The position numbers and the translations under genes are program-made. Shown here one piece after another: positions 10,941-21,237 of a stretch of DNA of 64,000 nucleotides (the stretch's first letter is position 1; every line of letters starts with the position of its first letter). Source of the stretch: Polyangiaceae bacterium (GTDB taxonomy: Bacteria > Myxococcota_A > Polyangia > Polyangiales > Polyangiaceae); the NCBI GenBank assembly GCA_044222475.1, contig JBGANF010000018.1:1-64000 (forward strand), in the 5' to 3' direction. The notes beneath the pieces are model-generated. The model was given only the letters and a program-made list of their open reading frames with translations. It was not told the DNA's origin and did no database searches.

Positions 10941-13900
10941 ATGATTCAGCGCCTCGTCGCGCTCGCACTGCGCGTACCCCTGATCGTGTTCGCGGCGACG
11001 GCCTTCATCGTGATCGCCGGCTCGTGGGCGTACTCGGGGCTCAACGTCGAGGCGTATCCCAACCCGGTACCGCCGATGATCGAGGTCGTCACCCAGCCGA
11101 ACGGCCTCGGCGCAGAGGAGGTCGAGCGCTACGTCACCGTTCCGCTCGAGGTTGGGCTCTCGGGCATGCCGGGGATCGACCACGTCCGCAGTCAGTCGCT
11201 CTTCGGCCTGTCCGACATCAAAATCTATTTCACCTGGGCGACGCCGTACGCGACGGCGCGCCAGGAGGTGATCAACCGCCTTGCGTTCGTCGAGCTTCCC
11301 AAAGGCGCTTCACCGGAGCTCGCTCCCGCGAACGCCGTCGGCGAGATCTTCCGATACACGCTCGCCGGCGACGGCTACGACCTCCGCGAGCTGAAGACGG
11401 CGCAGGACTTCGTGATGGAGCGCCAGCTCAAGCAGGTGCCCGGCGTCGCCGACGTGTCGAGCTTCGGCGGCGAGACGAAGCAGTACCAAATCGGAGTGGA
11501 TCCGATGCGTCTTCGCGGGCAAGGCGTGACGTTGGTCCAGGTGCTCAACGCGGTCGCGAACGCGAACGGCAACGTCGGCGGGCAACGGCTGCTCATCGGC
11601 GAGCAGTCGTACGACGTCCGCGGGGTCGGCCTGTTCCGCAACGTCCACGACATCGAGGACGTCGTCATCAACGAGACGCACGGCGTCCCGGTGCGGGTGA
11701 AGGACGTCGCGGAGGTGAAGATCGGCTCCGCGCCACGCCTCGGACAAGTGGGGCACGACGCCGAGCCCGACGTCGTGCAGGGCATCGTCTTGATGCGGTA
11801 CGGCGCGGAGTCCGCGCCCACCTTGAAGGGGGTTCACGCGAAGATCGCCCAGATCGAGCGAGAGAACCTGCTCCCCCCGGGCATGAAGATCGTTCCCTAT
11901 TACGATCGGGGCGCGCTCGTGAAGGTGACGACGCGCACGGTGATGGAGAACCTCGCCATCGGGATGGGGCTCGTCGCGCTCGTGCTTCTGCTGTTCCTCG
12001 GGAACGCTCGCGCGGCGTTGATCACCGCGCTCAACGTGCCGCTCGCGCTGCTCGTCGCATTCCTCGGTCTTTCGTTGACCCACACGTCGGCCAACCTCAT
12101 CTCGCTCGGGGCCGTCGACTTCGGGATCGTCGTCGACTCCACCGTCATCGTGATGGAGAACGTGTTCCGCCACCTCGGCAAACACGGCGAAGGCTCGCTG
12201 CGTGATCGCATCCTCGCCGGAGCGAAGGAGGTCGCGGTGCCGATGGCGTTCTCTCGCATCATCCTCGGCGTCGCGTTCTTGCCGCTCTTCACGATGACGG
12301 GCGTGTCCGGCGCGATCTTCGCGCCGATGGCGCACACCTACGCGTACGCGATCCTCGGGGCGGTTCTCCTCTCGCTGACGTTGACGCCGGTCCTCGCGCA
12401 GCGCGCGCTTCGTCACGACGCCGAAGAGAAGGAGAGCTTCGTGATGCGGGTTCTTCACCGCGTCTACGCTCGACCCTCGGCGGCGATGCTCGCGCGACCG
12501 TGGCGAGCGGTCCTGCTGATCCTCGTGGTCGTCGGGCTCGCGGGGACCGCGTTCCCGTTCCTGGGCGGCGAGTTCATGCCGAAGCTCGAAGAGGGCAACC
12601 TCTGGGTGCGGGCGACGCTGCCCACGTCGATCTCGCTCGAGCAATCGACGAAGTACGTCGGCCGCATGCGCGACGTGTTGCGTGGTTGTCCCGAGGCGCC
12701 GACGGTCTGCACGGAAGACAATCGCAAGAACCACGAGGTCATCACGGTCGTCTCGCAAGTCGGCCGCCCGGACGACGGGTTCGACGTCGCGGGGTTCTAC
12801 AACATCGAGCTCTTCGCCTCGCTCCGGCCGACCGACGAGTGGCGCCCGGGGATGACGAAGGAGAAGCTGACGGACCAGCTGTCGTCGGAGCTCAACGCAT
12901 CGTTTCCGGGCGTCGTCTTCAACTTCTCGCAGATGATCGGCGACAACGTCGAAGAAGCCACGAGCGGCGTCAAGGGCGAGAACTCGGTGAAGGTCGTCGG
13001 GCCGGAGCTGCGCGAGAACGAGACGACCGCGCTCGCCATCGCCGACGCGATGTCGCAGGTGAACGGCGTGAAGGACCTCGGCGTGTTTCGCTCCCTCGGT
13101 CAGCCGAGCGTGAAGATCGTCACCGACCGCGCGGCGTGCGCGCGCTTCGGGTTGAACACCGGCGACGTGGAGCAGGTGGTCGAGGCCGCCATCGGCGGCG
13201 AGGCGGTGACCACGGTGTACGAAGGGGAGAAGAAGTTCGACCTGACGGTGCGCTGGCTGGAGCCGTATCGCTCGTCGGTCGAGTCGATCCGCGAGATCAC
13301 GGTGGCGACGCCGGAGGGAGGCGTCGTCCCGCTCGGGCAGCTCGCGACGATCGAGGTGGAGAACGGGCCGGCGGTCATCTACCGCGAGGACGGCAAGCGC
13401 TACGTGCCGCTGAAATTCTCGGCGCGCGGTCGCGACCTCACGTCGACGGTGGAAGACGCGAAGGCGTCGATCGACAAGAAGGTGACGCTCCCGTACGGCA
13501 CGCACCTCGAGTGGGGCGGGGCGATGACGGAGCTCGACGACGCGCTCGCTCGACTGGAGCTCACGGTGCCGCTTTCGTTGCTTCTGATCGCGCTGCTCGC
13601 GTACGGAGCGACGCGCAACCTGATCGACACGGCGGTGGTTCTCGTGGCGCTTCCGATCGCGTGCGCCGGCGGCGTGCTCGCGCTGTTCCTGACGCGCATC
13701 CCGTTCTCGGTGTCGGCGGCAATGGGCTTCGTGTCGATCTTCGGCATCGCGATTCAGGACGCGATCTTGCTCGTGACGTACTTCCAGCGCCTGCGCGTCG
13801 GGTTGTCCCTCGAAGAGGCGACGAAGCAAGCGGGCGAGAAGCGGTTCCGTCCGGCGCTCATGACGACGCTGGTGGCGCTCCTCGGTCTCACGCCCGCCGC

Positions 13901-14090
13901 GATCTCGAACGGCATCGGAGCGCAGACCCAGAAGCCGCTCGCGGTCGTGGTCATCGGTGGATCCTTGATGCTGGCGCTGGTGTCGCGTCTGGTGGTGCCG
14001 CCGTTGCTCCTGATGGCGCACCGCGCGTTCGATCGGTACACGGCGCCGCTCTCCATTCGGCCGCCGCTGGTGGACGAATCGGCGGAGTGA
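10941..14090 (+). CDS. CusA/CzcA family heavy-metal efflux RND transporter (CzcA-type)
   Basis: 1049 aa; TM4 GAVDFGIVVD (DFG form typical of divalent-cation HME pumps); EFMPKLEEG; RFRPALMT; QKPLAVVVIGG. Confidence 0.95.
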   Translation: MIQRLVALALRVPLIVFAATAFIVIAGSWAYSGLNVEAYPNPVPPMIEVVTQPNGLGAEEVERYVTVPLEVGLSGMPGIDHVRSQSLFGLSDIKIYFTWATPYATARQEVINRLAFVELPKGASPELAPANAVGEIFRYTLAGDGYDLRELKTAQDFVMERQLKQVPGVADVSSFGGETKQYQIGVDPMRLRGQGVTLVQVLNAVANANGNVGGQRLLIGEQSYDVRGVGLFRNVHDIEDVVINETHGVPVRVKDVAEVKIGSAPRLGQVGHDAEPDVVQGIVLMRYGAESAPTLKGVHAKIAQIERENLLPPGMKIVPYYDRGALVKVTTRTVMENLAIGMGLVALVLLLFLGNARAALITALNVPLALLVAFLGLSLTHTSANLISLGAVDFGIVVDSTVIVMENVFRHLGKHGEGSLRDRILAGAKEVAVPMAFSRIILGVAFLPLFTMTGVSGAIFAPMAHTYAYAILGAVLLSLTLTPVLAQRALRHDAEEKESFVMRVLHRVYARPSAAMLARPWRAVLLILVVVGLAGTAFPFLGGEFMPKLEEGNLWVRATLPTSISLEQSTKYVGRMRDVLRGCPEAPTVCTEDNRKNHEVITVVSQVGRPDDGFDVAGFYNIELFASLRPTDEWRPGMTKEKLTDQLSSELNASFPGVVFNFSQMIGDNVEEATSGVKGENSVKVVGPELRENETTALAIADAMSQVNGVKDLGVFRSLGQPSVKIVTDRAACARFGLNTGDVEQVVEAAIGGEAVTTVYEGEKKFDLTVRWLEPYRSSVESIREITVATPEGGVVPLGQLATIEVENGPAVIYREDGKRYVPLKFSARGRDLTSTVEDAKASIDKKVTLPYGTHLEWGGAMTELDDALARLELTVPLSLLLIALLAYGATRNLIDTAVVLVALPIACAGGVLALFLTRIPFSVSAAMGFVSIFGIAIQDAILLVTYFQRLRVGLSLEEATKQAGEKRFRPALMTTLVALLGLTPAAISNGIGAQTQKPLAVVVIGGSLMLALVSRLVVPPLLLMAHRAFDRYTAPLSIRPPLVDESAE

Positions 14091-14305
14091 CCGATACCGA
14101 ATCGGAATTGGACTCCGAATCGGAATCGGAAGCGGAGGCCGAATCGGAATCGGAATCGGACTCCGAATCGGCGTCCGCTTCCGCGTCGGCATCGGCATCG
14201 GCATCCGCATCCGCTTCCGCTTCCGCATCCGCTTCCGCTTCCGCTTCCGCTTCCGCTTCCGCTTCCGCCTCCGCGTCCGCTCCCGGTTCGGCGTCGGCGT
14301 CCGCG
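14091..14305. repeat. Hexamer tandem-repeat tract (gaatcg)n grading into (gcatcg)n and (gcttcc)n
   Basis: About 35 degenerate 6-bp units directly visible between the RND stop and the transposase. Confidence 0.9.
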
Positions 14306-14408
14306 ATCCAGGCGCCTCCTGCCTCCGGCGTAGCTCGTCGAGCCCCGCTTCGCGAATCTCAAGTCCTTGACCGGGCGAGTTCGAGGACTCAATACATGCC
14401 ATAAGTCA

Positions 14409-15092
14409 ATGAGGCGTAGCGTGCCCAAGAGCCGTCAACTGCCTCTGCCGTTCGCGGCGGATGCTCGAAAGCCGCGCATGGGTCGCCCGCGAAAGCCTCG
14501 CTCCGTGTCCCATCGTGCGCGCGAAACGTTCGATGGTGCTCACGCCGCGATTCACGTCACGGTCCGCATGGCGCGCACCGTGCCGAATTTGCGGAGCCAA
14601 CGGGGCTTCCGCGCCGTCGAGCATGCGTTGAAGGCCGAGGCTCGTCGCGGTGAGCTACGGGTCGTGCACTACTCGGTGCAGGGAAACCACGTGCATCTGG
14701 TCGTCGAGGCAGACGATCGCGTCGCGCTCGCCCGTCGGATGCAGGGGTTCTCGATTCGGCTCGCGAAGCGCATCAACCGCGACGTGATGCGGCGTCGGCG
14801 CGGCAAAGTGCTCGACCACCGGTACCACGCGCGGGTTCTCGCGACGCCGTCGGCGGTGCGCAACGCGATCGCGTACGTGCTGTTCAATCACGCGCACCAC
14901 ACTCCTACCGCCGACCGCGCGCTTCTCGACCCCTTTTCGTCGGCGCGCACGGAGACGCACTTCGCGCACGAGGTCCGTGTACCCAAATGGTCACCCGGAA
15001 CCGGTCCGGCGCCGTTGAGCACGCCGAGCACCTGGCTGCTCCGCGCGGGCTATCGCCGCGCAGGACGCATCGCGAATCCGTTCGCGAGGTAG
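14409..15092 (+). mobile_element. HUH Y1 transposase, REP-associated tyrosine transposase (RAYT)-like
   Basis: HVTVR; YSVQGNHVHLVVEA (HUH); RYHARVL; NAIAYVLFNH (catalytic Tyr); DPFSS; no tnpB partner. Confidence 0.85.
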
Positions 15093-15114
15093 CTGGCGGC
15101 TCTCTGCGCAGGAC

Positions 15115-15711
15115 CTAGTGCGCCGGGACCGGCTTCGCCAACGTCGCCCGGATGGACTGCACGAGGTACGGGTACCCCTGACCCGGGGTCGTCAGCCACC
15201 CGTGGAACGGGCCGCGGTAGCCCGTCGTGATGTGCGCGGTCTCGATCACGATGTCGACGATCTTGAACGGCGCCGTGCGCGAGACCACGTAGTCGAGCTG
15301 AACCGTCTCCCGCGCGTTCGTCTTGTTCGTCGCCGTCGTGTGCACGAGCGCATCGGCCCCTTCCGCGCCGACGGCGCCGACCACGAGGTTGAACCGCGCG
15401 ATGTCTCCAAGCTTCGCCTTGTAGCGCCGGTTGACGAGCTGACGCACCAGCCCGGTGGCTTCCGTTTGCTGGGTCGCGTTCAACGTCGACCAATCGCCCG
15501 CGAAGCAGCGCTGAGCGACCGCGTCGTAGTCGATCATGTTCCCGAGCTCGGCGTCGATCTGCGCTTCCCGCGCCGTCGAAGCGGGCTGTCGATACAGCGC
15601 GCTCAACTTCACGTAGCCGGCTCGCACGAGCGCATCCGGCGCATCGGCCAGCGCCGACGCGGCGACGAACATCGATCCGCACAGACCCACCAAGCCAACG
15701 AAGCGACGCAT
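15115..15711 (-). CDS. MlaC/Ttg2D-like lipid-binding periplasmic protein
   Basis: Signal peptide; IDYDAVAQRCFAGDWSTLNATQQ; LDYVV; FKIVDIVIE. Confidence 0.75.
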   Translation of the reverse strand: MRRFVGLVGLCGSMFVAASALADAPDALVRAGYVKLSALYRQPASTAREAQIDAELGNMIDYDAVAQRCFAGDWSTLNATQQTEATGLVRQLVNRRYKAKLGDIARFNLVVGAVGAEGADALVHTTATNKTNARETVQLDYVVSRTAPFKIVDIVIETAHITTGYRGPFHGWLTTPGQGYPYLVQSIRATLAKPVPAH

Positions 15712-15804
15712 TCCCCTGGCTTCGCACGGGCCCACGGACCCCGCAAATGGAAACGGGCCCCGTCGTCTTCGACGGAGCCCGCTCGTTCTCACGAACGTCG
15801 CGTC

Positions 15805-18039
15805 TCAGCGACCGCGCGGGCCGCGTCCTCGGTCGCCACCGCGGCCGCGATCACGGTCACCGCCGCCGCTGCGACGCGGCGGGCCGTCACCGGCTTCGCG
15901 CGCCGCCTTCAGGCGAGCCTTCGCGGCCTCGCCCTCCTCGCCCTCGGGGAACGGCAGCAGCTCGCGCCGGGTGAGGCGGATCTTCCCGTCGCGGTCGACG
16001 GAGAGGACCTTCACCTCGACGACGTCGCCTTCCTTCATCACGTCGGTGACCTGGTTCACGCGGGTGTGAGCCATCTCCGAGATGTGGAGCAGGCCGTCGG
16101 TGCCGGGGAGGACCTCGACGAACGCGCCGAAGTCGGTGATGCGCTGGACCGGACCCTTGTAGACCGCACCGACCTCGGGCTCTGCAGTGAGACCCTTGAT
16201 GATGTCGAGCGCCTTCTTGACCGCGTCCGAGTCGCTCGAGGCGATGTTGACGGTCCCGTCGTCCTCGACGTCGATCGCGACGCCCGTCTGGTCGACGATG
16301 CCTTTGATCGTCTTGCCGCCCGGGCCGATGATGATGCGGATCTGGTCGGGCTTGACCTTGATCGTCGTGATGCGCGGGGCATACGGCGAAAGGTCCGCGC
16401 GGTGGGTCGAGAGCGTCTCGAGCATCTTGCCGAGGATGTGCAGACGGCCGTCGCGCGCCTGGTTGAGCGCGGTCTGCATGATCTCGCGGGAGAGCCCGGC
16501 GATCTTGATGTCCATCTGGATCGCGGTGACGCCCTTCGCGGTGCCGCAGACCTTGAAGTCCATGTCGCCGAGGTGGTCCTCGTCGCCGAGGATGTCGCTC
16601 AGGATCGCGTGGCGCTTGCCGTCGCTGATGAGGCCCATCGCGATGCCCGCGACCGGCGCCTTGATCGGCACGCCCGCGTCCATCATCGACATCGTGCCGC
16701 CGCAGACCGCCGCCATCGACGAGCTGCCGTTCGACTCGAGCGTCTCCGAGACGATGCGGATCGTGTACGGGAACTTCTCCTGCTCCGGCATCATCCGGAT
16801 CAGCGCGCGCTCGGCGAGCGCGCCGTGGCCGATCTCACGACGGCCGGGGCCGCGCATCGGCTTGGTCTCGCCGGTCGAGAACGGCGGGAAGTTGTAGTGG
16901 AGGAGGAAGCGCTTCCAGCGCTCGCCGGTGAGCGCGTCGATCTTCTGCTCGTCGCTCGACGTGCCGAGGGTCGTCGTGACGACCGCCTGGGTCTCGCCGC
17001 GCTGAAACAGCGCCGACCCGTGGACGCGCGGCAGCAGGCTCACCTCGGTCATGATCGCGCGGATCTGATCCATCGAGCGGCCGTCGATGCGCTTGTTCTG
17101 CGAGAGCACGTACTCGCGGACGACGTGGTACTTGCGCTCCTCGAACTCTTCTTTGATGAGCTTCTCGCTCGCGGCGAACTTCTCCGCGCCGAGCTCGGCG
17201 GTGAGCGCCTCGGTCATGGCGGTCTTCGCCGCCTTGTAGCCGTCGTAGCGCTTCTTCTTGTCCTTGATGAGCGCGCTCTCGATGATCTTCGCGTCGACGA
17301 GCGGGCCGATCTTGGCCTTGATCGCCGGGTCGAGCACCTTCGGCTCGAACGGGCGCTTCTCCTTGCCGACCGCAGCGCGGATGCGCTCGATGACCTCGAG
17401 GATCGGCTGCGCCGCGCGGTGGGCGAACCACAGCGCGTCGACGAGGTCGTTCTCGCTGACCTCGGCCGCTCCGCCTTCGACCATCACGATCGCGTCCTTC
17501 GAGCACGCGACGACCATGTCGATGTCGGCGAGGCCCTGCTCTTCGAGCGTCGGGAACGACTTGAGCTCGCCGTTGATGCGAACGACGCGCACCGCCGCGA
17601 GCGGACCCGCCCACGGGATGTCGGAGATGTGGAGCGCGGCGCTCGCGCCGGTGACGGCGAGGACGTCGGTCGGGTTGATCTTGTCCGACGAGAGCACGGT
17701 CGCGATGACCTGCGTGTCGTTCTTGAAGCCCTCGGGGAAGAGTGGGCGGCACGGCCGGTCGATCAGGCGGCAGACGAGGATCTCCTCGTCGCGCTGGCGG
17801 CCTTCGCGCTTGAAGAAGCCGCCCGGGATCTTGCCGGCGGCGAACGTCTTCTCGACGTACTCGCAGGTGAGGGGGAAGAAATCGAGACCGGGGCGCTCGT
17901 CGCCGCTGACCGCGGTGACGAGGACCATGCTCTCGCCGTAGCTGATGAGGATCGAGCCGTGCGCCTGCTTGGCGAGACGGCCCGTCTCGAAGGTCATCGG
18001 TTTGCCGTTGATGACGACGGATTCGCGAACGATGGACAT
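15805..18039 (-). CDS. pnp: Polyribonucleotide nucleotidyltransferase (PNPase)
   Basis: [47 protein letters not shown] and S1 domains. Confidence 0.99.
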   Translation of the reverse strand: MSIVRESVVINGKPMTFETGRLAKQAHGSILISYGESMVLVTAVSGDERPGLDFFPLTCEYVEKTFAAGKIPGGFFKREGRQRDEEILVCRLIDRPCRPLFPEGFKNDTQVIATVLSSDKINPTDVLAVTGASAALHISDIPWAGPLAAVRVVRINGELKSFPTLEEQGLADIDMVVACSKDAIVMVEGGAAEVSENDLVDALWFAHRAAQPILEVIERIRAAVGKEKRPFEPKVLDPAIKAKIGPLVDAKIIESALIKDKKKRYDGYKAAKTAMTEALTAELGAEKFAASEKLIKEEFEERKYHVVREYVLSQNKRIDGRSMDQIRAIMTEVSLLPRVHGSALFQRGETQAVVTTTLGTSSDEQKIDALTGERWKRFLLHYNFPPFSTGETKPMRGPGRREIGHGALAERALIRMMPEQEKFPYTIRIVSETLESNGSSSMAAVCGGTMSMMDAGVPIKAPVAGIAMGLISDGKRHAILSDILGDEDHLGDMDFKVCGTAKGVTAIQMDIKIAGLSREIMQTALNQARDGRLHILGKMLETLSTHRADLSPYAPRITTIKVKPDQIRIIIGPGGKTIKGIVDQTGVAIDVEDDGTVNIASSDSDAVKKALDIIKGLTAEPEVGAVYKGPVQRITDFGAFVEVLPGTDGLLHISEMAHTRVNQVTDVMKEGDVVEVKVLSVDRDGKIRLTRRELLPFPEGEEGEAAKARLKAAREAGDGPPRRSGGGDRDRGRGGDRGRGPRGR

Positions 18040-18080
18040 GAGGCTATTTCCTTTCGGGCAGTGAGACTGCGCCCGCGAGC

Positions 18081-18154
18081 CTTGTGTCCTCGGTTTCCGG
18101 GTCCGACCGTCGACGCTCGAAGCGGAGGTCGGGCCCGGAAATCGAAGAGCAAAG
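18081..18154 (-). promoter_or_regulatory. Long imperfect stem-loop in pnp leader (candidate RNase III site)
   Basis: tttccgggtccgacc (18094-18108) pairs with ggtcgggcccggaaa (18127-18141), extended imperfectly outward. Confidence 0.5.
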
Positions 18155-18183
18155 CGCGACGAGCGCTTGGGAGGGTGAAACGA

Positions 18184-18212
18184 GAAAGCCCACTCGCGAC
18201 GAGTGGGCTTTC
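18184..18212 (-). terminator. Hairpin terminator after rpsO
   Basis: Perfect 13-bp stem gaaagcccactcg/cgagtgggctttc a few nt after the rpsO stop, followed by tcgttt on the minus strand. Confidence 0.75.
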
Positions 18213-18216
18213 CTGA

Positions 18217-18486
18217 TCACTTACGAAGGTTCAGCGCGCCGACGACCTTGCGATACCGGTCGAGGCTGGACTTCTTCAAGTAGTTCAGTAGGCGGCGGCG
18301 CTTGGACACCATCCGGAGCAGACCGCGGCGCGAGTGGTGATCCTTCACGTGAGTCTTGAAGTGCTCGGTGAGGTAGCCGATGCGCTCGGAAAGGAGCGCG
18401 ATCTGGACCTCGGGGGAGCCGGTGTCACCGTCGTGGGTCTGGAACTTGCCGATGAGCTCGGACTTCTTTTCCGTATGAAGCGGCAT
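18217..18486 (-). CDS. rpsO: 30S ribosomal protein S15
   Basis: [22 protein letters not shown]; 89 aa; upstream of pnp. Confidence 0.99.
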   Translation of the reverse strand: MPLHTEKKSELIGKFQTHDGDTGSPEVQIALLSERIGYLTEHFKTHVKDHHSRRGLLRMVSKRRRLLNYLKKSSLDRYRKVVGALNLRK

Positions 18487-18646
18487 GACTGCTACGCGTT
18501 CTCCAATGCTTTTCGCGGTTTCTGGTATGGGGCGGGCAGTATAGGTAGAAGTGCGAGTCCGTCAACGCGATTCGACCTTCTACTGCGCCTCTGTTCCGTT
18601 TCGTGAGGACTTTTTCGCCCGGCGTCGTGATACGCTGCTCCGAGCA

Positions 18647-20386
18647 ATGGCCCACGATCCAGCCCGTGCAGCGGCGGGAAGCTCACCCCAACTGCCCCGA
18701 GATCCGGGGGGCGACGCGGTGACGATGCCGCTTCCCGCGGATTTCGCGAGCCGTGCGGCTGCCGCACGCGCGCCGAGCAGCGCTGCCCTGTCGCCATCAC
18801 CGCCGCCCTCGCAGGCGTCGCCGTCGCCCTCCCAGATCGACCCGTCGGAGCTGCGCAAGACTTGCAGCACCTGCCAGAACCGTTACCCGGAGGACTTCCT
18901 CGTCTGTCCCCGAGACGCGACGCCCCTCACGCTGGACGGGCAGGAGGGCGATCCGCTCGTCGGGAAAGTCCTCGGCGACGCATACCAGATCCTGCGCGTG
19001 GTCGGTGAAGGCGGCATGGGTCGCGTCTACGAGGCGCGGCACCTCCGCCTCAAGGATCGAAGGTTCGCGGTCAAGGTCCTGCACCCCGAGATGGCCCGCG
19101 ACGCCGAGATCGTCGCCCGCTTCCAGCGCGAGGCCGAGTCGTCGAGCAGCATCTCGCACCCGAACGTCGTCGACGTGTTCGACGTCCATCGTACCCCCGA
19201 GGGACAACCCTACCTCGTCGGCGAGTTCCTCGAAGGCGAGGAGGTCGGCGAGCGGCTCACCCGTCAAGGATCGATCGACATCCCGAACGCCGTGCACATC
19301 ACGCGGCAGGTGTGTCGCGCGCTCGCTGCCGCGCACTCGCGCGGCATCGTCCACCGCGACATGAAGCCGGAGAACGTGTTCCTCGTGAAACGCGACGACG
19401 GCGTTCAGGTGAAGGTCATCGACTTCGGCATCAGCAAGGAAGCCGGCCCCTCCAACCTCACGAAGACCGGTGTCGTCATGGGGACGCCGAGCTACATGGC
19501 GCCCGAGCAGGCTCGGGGCGATCGCGTGGACCCGCGAGCCGACGTCTATGCCGTCGGCGCGATGCTCTACCACATGGTCACGGGCAAGAAGCCGTTCGAG
19601 GCCGAGGACGCGACCGCCACGCTGACGCTCGTCATCACCGAAGAAGCGACCCGACCGCGCGCGATCAACGACGCCATCCCCGAGGGGCTCGAGGTCGTCA
19701 TCCAGCGCGCGATGGCGAAAGACATCAAGGAGCGCTACGCGTCGATGCAAGAGCTCGACGCCGCGCTCGCCCCGTGGGACGTGGCGCCGTCGGGCGTCTC
19801 GCTCCCGGTGATCGATCGCAGCTCGCCGAGTCTCCCCGGCACGCCCTCGACCAAGCAGCGCAGCAATTTCGACGCGAACGCCAAGACGATGATCGCCGGC
19901 GGCGGTAGTGCCGTCGGGGACGAGGTTCGCGTCGCGCGGCCGACGATCGTCCTCGCGATGTTGGGGCTCGCCTTGTGGTTCGTCATCGGGGTCGTCACCG
20001 CGATCGGCGGCTTCGTTCGGATGCGTCGCGACGGCGAGCTCACGTTCGCCGAGACGCTGATGATGATCATCGGCGCCGCGGCGACGGGCATCACGCCCTT
20101 CATCCTCGCTTCGCTTCGCATTCGGAGGAACGTCTGGCAGAGCAGCCCGAAGTCGATGGACCTCGCGGCCGATCTTCGACGGATGGTGCTCGGCGCGTAC
20201 GCCGCGCTCGGCATCGGCGCGCTCGCCGTTCGCTTCACCGCGACGATCATCGCCCGCAACGGCGCGGTGCTCACCGCCGGCGATTGGGACGTCGAGCTCT
20301 TCGGCGTCAGCGCCGTGGTCACCGCGCTCGCATGGGCCTACGGACCGATCACGCGCTGGTTCCGCCGGCGGCGCCAGCGGTCGTGA
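18647..20386 (+). CDS. Hanks-type Ser/Thr protein kinase with N-terminal zinc ribbon and C-terminal TM helices
   Basis: CSTC...CPRD; GEGGMGRVY; AVK; HRDMKPEN; DFG; GTPSYMAPEQ; about 4 C-terminal TMs. Confidence 0.95.
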   Translation: MAHDPARAAAGSSPQLPRDPGGDAVTMPLPADFASRAAAARAPSSAALSPSPPPSQASPSPSQIDPSELRKTCSTCQNRYPEDFLVCPRDATPLTLDGQEGDPLVGKVLGDAYQILRVVGEGGMGRVYEARHLRLKDRRFAVKVLHPEMARDAEIVARFQREAESSSSISHPNVVDVFDVHRTPEGQPYLVGEFLEGEEVGERLTRQGSIDIPNAVHITRQVCRALAAAHSRGIVHRDMKPENVFLVKRDDGVQVKVIDFGISKEAGPSNLTKTGVVMGTPSYMAPEQARGDRVDPRADVYAVGAMLYHMVTGKKPFEAEDATATLTLVITEEATRPRAINDAIPEGLEVVIQRAMAKDIKERYASMQELDAALAPWDVAPSGVSLPVIDRSSPSLPGTPSTKQRSNFDANAKTMIAGGGSAVGDEVRVARPTIVLAMLGLALWFVIGVVTAIGGFVRMRRDGELTFAETLMMIIGAAATGITPFILASLRIRRNVWQSSPKSMDLAADLRRMVLGAYAALGIGALAVRFTATIIARNGAVLTAGDWDVELFGVSAVVTALAWAYGPITRWFRRRRQRS

Positions 20387-21231
20387 CGGTCCGTCTTCTC
20401 GTCCCTGGTGACGAGGTGGAGCTCGACCGCTTTCTCGACGGCCACGCGGACTCGTCGATGTTCCTGCGCTCGAACATCCGCGCCGGCGGCGTGGTCGACC
20501 AGGGGATGCCGTACCAAGGCCGGTGGTTCGGCGCGTTCGACGGCGAGCGCCTGACCGCCGTCGCGATGCACGCGTGGAACGGCAACCTGATCGTCCAAGC
20601 CGACTCGACCGATGGCTTGCCGGAGCTCGTCCGCGCTACCGTCACCGCGGACAAGCCCGTCGCCGGCATCATCGGTCCGTACGCCCACGTCGTCGCGACG
20701 CGCACCGCGCTCGGCCTCGATTCGCGCAAGGCAAACCTCGAGAACAAGGAGCGCCTGTACGCGCTCGATCTCGGGAAGCTCATCGTCCCTCACGGCGCGG
20801 TCCACGTCCGACCGACGCGCGACGACGACCTCGACCTCTGCGAGACGTGGCGCATCGCGTACTGCCAAGAGGCGCTGAGCATGCCGCTCGAGGAGGCCAA
20901 GGCGCGCGCCCGCGACGACGTCGAGCGCACGCATCGTCGCGGCGACTCGTTCGTCCTCGCCGACGAAGGCGGGACGCTCGTCGCCTACTCGGCGTTCAAC
21001 GCGCGCGTGCCGGACATGGTCCAGGTCGGCGGCGTCTGGACGCCGAAGGAGGAGCGCCGGCACGGTCACGGGCGGGCGGTCGTCGCAGGCTCGCTCGTCC
21101 TCGCGCGGGCGCTCGGGGTCACGCGGGCGATCCTGTTCACCGGCGAGTGGAACACGCCCGCGCAGCGAGCCTACGAAGCGCTCGGCTTCGAGCGCATCGG
21201 CGACTTCGGGCTGATCACGTTCGGCGCGTGA
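20383..21231 (+). CDS. GNAT family N-acetyltransferase
   Basis: VGGVWTPKEERRHGHG acetyl-CoA motif; NTPAQRAYEALGF; GTGA overlap with kinase stop. Confidence 0.88.
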   Translation: MTVRLLVPGDEVELDRFLDGHADSSMFLRSNIRAGGVVDQGMPYQGRWFGAFDGERLTAVAMHAWNGNLIVQADSTDGLPELVRATVTADKPVAGIIGPYAHVVATRTALGLDSRKANLENKERLYALDLGKLIVPHGAVHVRPTRDDDLDLCETWRIAYCQEALSMPLEEAKARARDDVERTHRRGDSFVLADEGGTLVAYSAFNARVPDMVQVGGVWTPKEERRHGHGRAVVAGSLVLARALGVTRAILFTGEWNTPAQRAYEALGFERIGDFGLITFGA

Positions 21232-21237
21232 ACGCCG

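Noticed and set aside
14091..14305. Repeat tract as a CRISPR array
   Set aside because: 6-bp tandem units with no unique spacers, and no cas genes in the window
14409..15092. IS605-type element with TnpB or an RNA-guided nuclease
   Set aside because: No tnpB/iscB ORF adjacent; the next gene is a convergent MlaC-like protein
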